The notes under the pieces were generated by a model that was not told the origin of the DNA, did not search any database, and saw only the letters and a list, made by a program, of their open reading frames with translations. 64,000 bases of DNA from Leptonemataceae bacterium (GTDB lineage: Bacteria > Spirochaetota > Leptospiria > Leptospirales > Leptonemataceae), in NCBI GenBank assembly GCA_965227295.1, contig OZ245742.1, forward strand, positions 5,728,001-5,792,000, written 5' to 3'. Positions 57,992 to 64,000 of the stretch are shown here, in pieces. The number at the start of each line of letters is the position of its first letter. Within the stretch, counting starts at the first letter, position 1. Both the position numbers and the translations under genes were made by a program.

Positions 57992-58576
57992 GTGAAGCGC
58001 ATAGCAATCATGGCGGTGCTCCTGCCGGTTCTGGTTCTCTTCTGCGGGGGCCGCTGTTTTCTCTTCAGCACCACGCAGAGCTTCAGCAGCCAGTTCGACG
58101 ATGCGAGCGTCAGCACCCGGATTCGTGCCCTTCTGATCCAGGATCCCGATGTCAATCCGCTGAGCATCACGGTGGCCACGGACGAGGGTGAGGTCTTTCT
58201 CCTCGGGCGGGTCAGCAGCAAAGAGGAACGCCTGAAGGCTGAGCGCCACGCGCGCAGCATCGACGGCGTGTGGTCGGTGATGAACCATCTCCGGGTGGGC
58301 GTAAAGACCGAGAGCACCACCTACGCGGACATCCAACTGCGCCAGAAGATCGAAGCACGGCTGCTCCGGGATCAGGACATCCTGGCGCTGAACCTGCGGG
58401 TCTTTACGAACGAAGGTGAGGCGTACCTCCTCGGGCGGGTCCGCAACGATCAGGAACGACGGCAGGCCGTCGCCGTGGCCCGGGAGACGGAGGGCGTGCG
58501 GGAAGTCTTTAATTACATCAAGGCCGGTCTGGTGAAGGCCGAGGCGGAGACCGTCCGAGAACAGACCGCGGAATAG
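57992..58576 (+). CDS. dual-BON domain protein (OsmY/DolP-like)
   Basis: Two repeats: GEVFLLGRV...GVWSVMNHL and GEAYLLGRV...GVREVFNYI; signal-like N-terminus; start uncertain. Confidence 0.88.
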   Translation: MKRIAIMAVLLPVLVLFCGGRCFLFSTTQSFSSQFDDASVSTRIRALLIQDPDVNPLSITVATDEGEVFLLGRVSSKEERLKAERHARSIDGVWSVMNHLRVGVKTESTTYADIQLRQKIEARLLRDQDILALNLRVFTNEGEAYLLGRVRNDQERRQAVAVARETEGVREVFNYIKAGLVKAEAETVREQTAE

Positions 58577-58590
58577 CCCGGCGACACCGG

Positions 58591-59457
58591 TCAGCCTCCC
58601 CGGGACAGGTCATCCAGGTCGGCAATGAACCCGTCCAATCGTTGCAGGAAGTTTCGCTTCTGCTGTTCGCTGAGTTCGGCCTGCATTTTCAGGATGAGAT
58701 CCTTCGTGGCCGCCCGCCAGCGCTCGCGGTCCCGTCGATAGTAGGCGGGGGTGTTTTGATCCGGGCGGTGCAACCAATCTTCCAGAGCACCGCGCAACTC
58801 CCCGGGATCACCACCGGACGCGGGCAGGAGCGCCAGGAACTCCTTCTGGCGCTCCCGGCGATAGCGCAGGCGACTGCGCTCCAGTTCCGGGACTTCACGC
58901 ACGAGCGCGGCGAAACGATCCCGTTGGGCCGGCGTGAGTCCGCCCGTCCAATCTTCCAGAAAATCCAGACCTTTTTGCGTTTTCTCCGCCAGGCGTTCTT
59001 CCCGCGTCATGCGGATCTTCTCCACGATCTCGCCGTTCTTCTCTTCCAGAATGCCGCTCAGATACTTCACCTGGGCGGGATTGAGGGTCTTCAGAAAACT
59101 CACGGAGTCGGGATAGATCCGCCGATAGACGGCATCCCGGAAGCTGCGTCCCCGATCAAAGAGCCAGTCCACGTCGGAACCACCGAGGCCACGCTCTGCT
59201 CGCTTACGAAAATCGCGCAACGTCCGGGCATAGCGCGGCAGTTCCTGCTGCCTGTGCCAGCGATGGTGCACCGCGATACGCCGGGACAGAGAATCGTACT
59301 GGTTCGAACTGAGATCGAAATAGCCGTTCAGCTCGCGCATCACCAGAAAGTCGGCGTTGTTGTAAGCCTGGCGGTAAATGAAACGCGCACAGCCGCTCGT
59401 AAGCAGGGCGAGAATCAGCAGGAAGATGAGTCGGCGGGCAAGCGAAGAGAAAGTCAT
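58591..59457 (-). CDS. helical lipoprotein (DUF6279-like)
   Basis: Lipobox LTSGC; YNNADF...YFDL, WHRQQELPRY, WTGGLTPAQ. Confidence 0.75.
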   Translation of the reverse strand: MTFSSLARRLIFLLILALLTSGCARFIYRQAYNNADFLVMRELNGYFDLSSNQYDSLSRRIAVHHRWHRQQELPRYARTLRDFRKRAERGLGGSDVDWLFDRGRSFRDAVYRRIYPDSVSFLKTLNPAQVKYLSGILEEKNGEIVEKIRMTREERLAEKTQKGLDFLEDWTGGLTPAQRDRFAALVREVPELERSRLRYRRERQKEFLALLPASGGDPGELRGALEDWLHRPDQNTPAYYRRDRERWRAATKDLILKMQAELSEQQKRNFLQRLDGFIADLDDLSRGG

Positions 59458-59565
59458 CGGGGTTCCTCTTAGCTTCTTATTAAGGCAAGCCCTTGCGGCG
59501 AAGACAAGCGGTTTTCCGCACTCGAAGACTCAGCCCGTAAAAAAAGGCGCCGGGATCGGCAGGAT

Positions 59566-60171
59566 CTACTGGTTCAGGAGAATCGTTCCGACGTCCACCG
59601 TCGTGTTTTCGGAAGAGACCGTAACCGTACTGCCGGAAGACTCGGACGTACTCAGCGCGCCGCCCGAGCCGGTATACCAGCCGTCCGTAAACGATGCCGG
59701 CGTCTGAAAGCAGTCGATGTGCGTATCCACCCGACCGGCGAAGTCGCTGTCGATGGATTCGATCGCGATTTTGTAATCGGCGCCGCCCGCGGGCACACCG
59801 GCCAGAATAAAACTGCCGTCGCGGTTCACGCTGCTGTAGGTCGAAGCGAAGACCGTGGAACTCTGCCGCGCGATGACCACGGCGCTCACGACGGGAGCAC
59901 CGGCCGCGGTGAGGATTCTGCCCTGGATGGTAGCACGATTGTTCATGGCGTTCGGCGCACGCGCGCTGTCCGCAACAGGTGACGCCACCGAATTGCAGGC
60001 GTTATTCAGCACGGACACGACACCCACGAACAAGAGGCCGATGAGCAACAGATCGTCATTGTCGTCGGAGGCCGGCGGGGTCAGGGCGTTGCAAGCACTG
60101 CCGCTGCTCAGGAGAAACGACAGGATCGCGCCCAGGGCGAGCAGGCGCACGCTTTTGTTTTTTGAGTGCAT
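59566..60171 (-). CDS. lipoprotein with carboxypeptidase-regulatory-like (transthyretin-like) domain
   Basis: Lipobox-like GSAC; ATIQGRILTAAGAPVVSAVV...DGSFILAGVPAG...YKIAIE. Confidence 0.7.
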   Translation of the reverse strand: MHSKNKSVRLLALGAILSFLLSSGSACNALTPPASDDNDDLLLIGLLFVGVVSVLNNACNSVASPVADSARAPNAMNNRATIQGRILTAAGAPVVSAVVIARQSSTVFASTYSSVNRDGSFILAGVPAGGADYKIAIESIDSDFAGRVDTHIDCFQTPASFTDGWYTGSGGALSTSESSGSTVTVSSENTTVDVGTILLNQ

Positions 60172-60194
60172 TGTAAATCGCTCCTCGGTGAAAG

Positions 60195-60950
60195 TTACGG
60201 ACCGTAGACCGCCGCGGCGCCGGCCTTTTCATCGTCCGTAAGCGTGTTTCGCTGGAACGAACTGAAGACGAAGGGATACATCACCGGCAAATTCTGTACC
60301 GTCGTAGAAAACGCCGAACCGTTGAGCCCGCTGATCGAGTGAGCAAAGCCGAGGGTGTGGCCGATCTCATGCAATAACGTGTACTCGTACAGCGTGCACG
60401 TACCGGAGACTGTCAGACAGCTACTGGCACTGGTTGATAACGAGGAGTTGCTCGCGTTCAAGACCAACGTGGCGGCACAGATGTCCTGCGGCCGGCTGGT
60501 GTTGAGGTTCAGAGGAATGCCGATGCCCAGAATTCCGCTGGTCGGATCGGCGCCGAGGGCACGCAGCACGGAGCCGTCCGTATCCCAGACCACGCGCAAC
60601 TGCCCCGCCACCGGCGAGTTAATGAACGCCGTGGTACCGGAGGCGTCGAAGGACTGATCGTACGAAGGCGAAGCGAAGAGCGTACGATTCGAAATAGTGC
60701 CGTTCCATTGATCCAGCACACCCTGCACGATGTTGCCCCGGGCATTCGTGGGAATGTCGCTATCGAAGAGCGGTGTGATGGACGAAGCCGTATTGCACGA
60801 ACTCTCGAATGCCCAACGTTCACGCTCGCCGTTGCCGGCCGTAAAATAGTACCAGGCGTTCGCCGGTGCAAAGGTCGCGACGGCTACCCCGGCGGCGAGC
60901 AATCCGGTAAACACACGGCGGGAAAAGAGCGAAAAAATGGCGACGGTCAT
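60195..60950 (-). CDS. secreted metzincin (matrixin/M10-like) metalloprotease
   Basis: HEIGHTLGFAH zinc motif, Met-turn VMYP, LTDDEKAG; signal peptide. Confidence 0.88.
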   Translation of the reverse strand: MTVAIFSLFSRRVFTGLLAAGVAVATFAPANAWYYFTAGNGERERWAFESSCNTASSITPLFDSDIPTNARGNIVQGVLDQWNGTISNRTLFASPSYDQSFDASGTTAFINSPVAGQLRVVWDTDGSVLRALGADPTSGILGIGIPLNLNTSRPQDICAATLVLNASNSSLSTSASSCLTVSGTCTLYEYTLLHEIGHTLGFAHSISGLNGSAFSTTVQNLPVMYPFVFSSFQRNTLTDDEKAGAAAVYGP

Positions 60951-60987
60951 GCGATGTTCAGTCCGTTTAAGATTAGATCACAGAAAC

Positions 60988-61539
60988 TTAAGGGCCCACC
61001 AGTTCCCGGAATTCATCCAGGCTGTAAAAACGCGCGTGCACGGGCGGCGGGTATCCGGTGAGGCGGCGCAGTAGATACGTCGCCCCGGTTTCTTCGTCCG
61101 TGCCCAATTCGATTCGGCCCCACTCCAGAGAGCGCAACGGATAGACACCGCCGACGGGTGCTCCCAGGATAAAAATCAGCTCGGCCCCGTCCTCATCCGC
61201 GGTGCCCGAAGGCATGACACTGCGCAGGCCCGAGAAAATGCGCACACGGATCAGGCCGCCGGGTTCCCCGCCGCCGGACTTAAGCACTTCCAGAACTTCG
61301 ATGTCGTACTCACGGACCGCGCCGCCGGAAGCCGGCCGGGATTGCCGCACGCGTCCGTGAAGCACAAGCACAGCCTTGTCCACCACCATGGCGGTGGTGC
61401 TGAATTCTTCCAGAGCGAAGACATGGCTTGCGGGCAAGAGCAGCAGCGGTAGCGCAAGCGCGTACACGAAAACCGCCGCACGCCCGGAAGAGCGTACGGC
61501 GGCATAAAGACGCGCGGCTGCAAACAATAGAGACGGCAC
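60988..61539 (-). CDS. exported hypothetical protein
   Basis: Signal peptide ending VFA; VLHGRV...IEVLEVLK motif; starts 10 bp after the thiolase stop. Confidence 0.65.
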   Translation of the reverse strand: MPSLLFAAARLYAAVRSSGRAAVFVYALALPLLLLPASHVFALEEFSTTAMVVDKAVLVLHGRVRQSRPASGGAVREYDIEVLEVLKSGGGEPGGLIRVRIFSGLRSVMPSGTADEDGAELIFILGAPVGGVYPLRSLEWGRIELGTDEETGATYLLRRLTGYPPPVHARFYSLDEFRELVGP

Positions 61540-61549
61540 GCGTGCAACC

Positions 61550-62869
61550 TCAGGCGCGTTCGATCATCATGGCGCCGGCGACACCGCCGTGCGCACATGC
61601 GGTGATCAACACACGGTTCACATCCTTATTGTTTTCCATGACCATGGCGGCGTTCGCGATCAGGCGGATGCCGGTGGCACCGAAGGGGTGACCGATGGCG
61701 ATGGAGCCGCCGTAAGCGTTGATGCGACCTTCTTCGAATTTCTTTTCCCAGTCCAGGCCGGTGCGCTTTTTCATTTCTTCGAGAGCGCCGAGGGCGGTGG
61801 CCGCGAAGGCCTCGTGGATTTCGATCTGGTCGACGTCGTCGATCTTCAGGCCCAGTTCCTCGATGAGCGCCAGACTCGCCTCGGCCTGGCCGATGCCCAT
61901 GAGGTTCGGATGCACGCCTTTCATCTGAAAGCCGGTGAGATACGCCTGCACGTTCAGTCCGAGCGCTTTCGCTTTGTCCTCGGTGGTGACGATAACGCCG
62001 GAAGCGCCGTCGGAACGAGCACAGGCGTTGAAGATGGTAACGGTGGGGCCGTGGCTTTTCTCGATGAAATCGCCGTACTTCTTTTTGAAATCGTCGAAGG
62101 ACATGGCTTTGTTATCGAAGAGCAGCATGGCCTTGTCCATGCGCGACGGACTCTCGACGATGCCCTTGCGCAGCAGCACGGCTTCGTCGTCTTCCATCAT
62201 CTCGCCCTTCTCACCTTTCGTCGGCACGAGGTATTTCTTGTACTTGCCTTCGGTGGTGGCTTCGTAGGCGCGTTTGTAGCTCTGATACGCGATTTTGTCG
62301 CTCACTTCGCGGCTGAGGTCGTAGTTCTGTGCGACGACCTCGGCGGTTACTGCCATACCGTAGCTGGTTTCGCCGTCGCCGAGGCCGGCTTCCAGCATGT
62401 CCTGGATTTCCACGCCTTCCGGCAGATTGTCCGGCAGCGCCTTCTTGAGTTTATCGACGCTGTTCGTTTTGCCGTTCGCGCGCGCGTTCTTAACGATGAA
62501 CGGCATGCCGGTTTGCGATTCCTGGCCGAGAGTGAGGAAAACGTCGCCTTCTTTCAGCGTAATGCGGCGCGCGGCCTCGGCAACGGCTTCCATCGAAGAA
62601 ACGCAGTTTTGCGCGAGGGTCAGTGCGGGGATTTCGTCGCGCAGGCCGAGTTTGTTCGCGATGATGCGTGCCGGGTTCGGCGACATGGGGAAGCCTTCAC
62701 CGACGAAGACGCCGTCGATTTCCTTCGGGTCGATCTTAGATTGATCGAGGATGTCTTTGGCCACCAGGTAGCCGAGGTCTACGGAAGCGTAGTCGGCGAG
62801 ACCTTTCGAGATTTGCGCGAAGGGCGTGCGCCGGATGGTTGATAGTGCAATCTTGTTTTCGAGTTTCAT
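61550..62869 (-). CDS. thiolase (acetyl-CoA C-acyltransferase)
   Basis: RTPF, QNCVSS (catalytic Cys), EIHEAFA, GGSIAIGHPFGATG, ACAHGG. Confidence 0.95.
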   Translation of the reverse strand: MKLENKIALSTIRRTPFAQISKGLADYASVDLGYLVAKDILDQSKIDPKEIDGVFVGEGFPMSPNPARIIANKLGLRDEIPALTLAQNCVSSMEAVAEAARRITLKEGDVFLTLGQESQTGMPFIVKNARANGKTNSVDKLKKALPDNLPEGVEIQDMLEAGLGDGETSYGMAVTAEVVAQNYDLSREVSDKIAYQSYKRAYEATTEGKYKKYLVPTKGEKGEMMEDDEAVLLRKGIVESPSRMDKAMLLFDNKAMSFDDFKKKYGDFIEKSHGPTVTIFNACARSDGASGVIVTTEDKAKALGLNVQAYLTGFQMKGVHPNLMGIGQAEASLALIEELGLKIDDVDQIEIHEAFAATALGALEEMKKRTGLDWEKKFEEGRINAYGGSIAIGHPFGATGIRLIANAAMVMENNKDVNRVLITACAHGGVAGAMMIERA

Positions 62870-62999
62870 AGAGTTTCCAGTTGGTGTTTCTTAAAGAAAA
62901 ATGCTTCGTCCAGCTTGATGGTGCAGGCAGGCCGGGTCAAACGTTTTCCCCGGGGCGGCCTGCGCCGCCGTTTTCAAGACGCGTTACATGCGCGGTGCA

Positions 63000-64000
63000 T
63001 CACGCGCTTTCTCTGCTCTTGCCGGAGTCGTCGTAACCGCAGGCCAGACAGAGGTTGTGACGACCTTTCTCACGCGAAGACTTTTCGAACAACAGGTTGT
63101 TGCACTCGGGACATAATTCCCCGGTCGGCCGATCCCAGGTGGAAAACTCGCACTCGGGATAACGCGAACAACCATAGAACGCCCGGCCCCGTTTCGTCGC
63201 GCGTTGAATGACGTAACCGTCCTTACAGGTAGGGCACGCCCCCAGGGGAATCGGCTTGGCGTTGCGGCAATCCGGAAAACGCGGACACGCAAGAAAGTAG
63301 CCGTTGCGTCCGATCTTTTTCACCATCTGCGTACCGCACTTTTCGCAGACGTAGTCGGTGGGTTCGTCGAGGGCGTTCTTCATCTCCGCGATGTTCTGCG
63401 CCGCGTCCTGCAGGACCACGGTGAACGGCGAATAGAACTTGCGCAACATCTCCACCCAGTCCAGCTCCGAACGGGAGACACGATCGAGGTCGTCCTCCAT
63501 GCGCGCCGTAAAGTCCGTGTTCACGAGATCCGGAAAATGTGCGCCCATGATACCGTCCACCATGAGGCCGAGTTCCGTGGGTTTGAGCGCGCGTTGAATG
63601 CGCACGACGTAGTATCGCTTAAGAAGCGTGGAGATCGTCGGCGCGTACGTCGAAGGCCGGCCCACGCCGCATTCTTCGAGGGTCTTCACCATGGAAGCGT
63701 CGGTAAAACGCGGCGGTGGTTGCGTAAAGTGCTGCTCCGGTTCCAGCTTGCGCAGCTTCAGTTCCAGGCCCTCTTCGAGTTCGGGCAGCGGGTTTTCTTT
63801 TTTCTTTTTGTCCTCGGGATTGAAGACCTCGGTGAAACCCGTAAACTTTACCGTGCGTCCGGTGGCGCGGAAGATCGTATCCGCCGCGGCAATGTCCACG
63901 GATGTATGGTCCGCAATCTCGTCGGCCATCTGGGACGACACGAACTTCTGCCAGATCATTTGATACAAACGCATCTGGTCTTTCGAAAGATACTTGCCGA
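63000..64000 (-). CDS. topA: DNA topoisomerase I, C-terminal part (runs off window end)
   Basis: GVGRPSTYA, FTARMEDDLD, Zn ribbons CEKCG...FLACPRFPDC and FYGCSRYPEC. Confidence 0.95.
   Translation of the reverse strand, partial: GKYLSKDQMRLYQMIWQKFVSSQMADEIADHTSVDIAAADTIFRATGRTVKFTGFTEVFNPEDKKKKENPLPELEEGLELKLRKLEPEQHFTQPPPRFTDASMVKTLEECGVGRPSTYAPTISTLLKRYYVVRIQRALKPTELGLMVDGIMGAHFPDLVNTDFTARMEDDLDRVSRSELDWVEMLRKFYSPFTVVLQDAAQNIAEMKNALDEPTDYVCEKCGTQMVKKIGRNGYFLACPRFPDCRNAKPIPLGACPTCKDGYVIQRATKRGRAFYGCSRYPECEFSTWDRPTGELCPECNNLLFEKSSREKGRHNLCLACGYDDSGKSRESA

Noticed and set aside
1..64000. CRISPR arrays, tRNA, rRNA, riboswitches
   Set aside because: No spaced direct repeats or recognisable RNA-gene motifs in the short intergenic regions; a covariance-model search could not be run

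Overview
A GC-rich bacterial chromosomal segment, probably from a Leptospirales-like spirochaete. This is inferred from LruC-type and DUF1554/Len-type lipoproteins and a cyclase-FecR cluster; no database search was possible. It carries about 45 intact CDS. Housekeeping genes: recC-recB-recD, rsgA, a partial topA, a thiolase and an acyl-CoA dehydrogenase. Envelope and signalling genes: an alpha-2-macroglobulin/pbpC pair, signalling proteins and many lipoproteins. There is also a ~3.1 kb stretch of spliced gene remnants (28.7-31.8 kb). I found no tRNA, rRNA, CRISPR array or transposase. The best signals are cis-regulatory. (1) Two convergent flavin amine oxidase genes flank a Crp/Fnr regulator, and each has a TTGA-N6-TCAA box exactly 21 nt before a -10 element that abuts the ATG, suggesting a leaderless mini-regulon. 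(2) Two perfect inverted DnaA boxes lie just upstream of recCBD. (3) A sigma54 promoter with NtrC-like enhancer sites lies upstream of a secreted alpha/beta hydrolase, which is followed by a structured, GGA-containing trailer. (4) An adenylate cyclase-FecR-FN3-DUF1554 operon looks like a trans-envelope signalling system without an ECF sigma factor.
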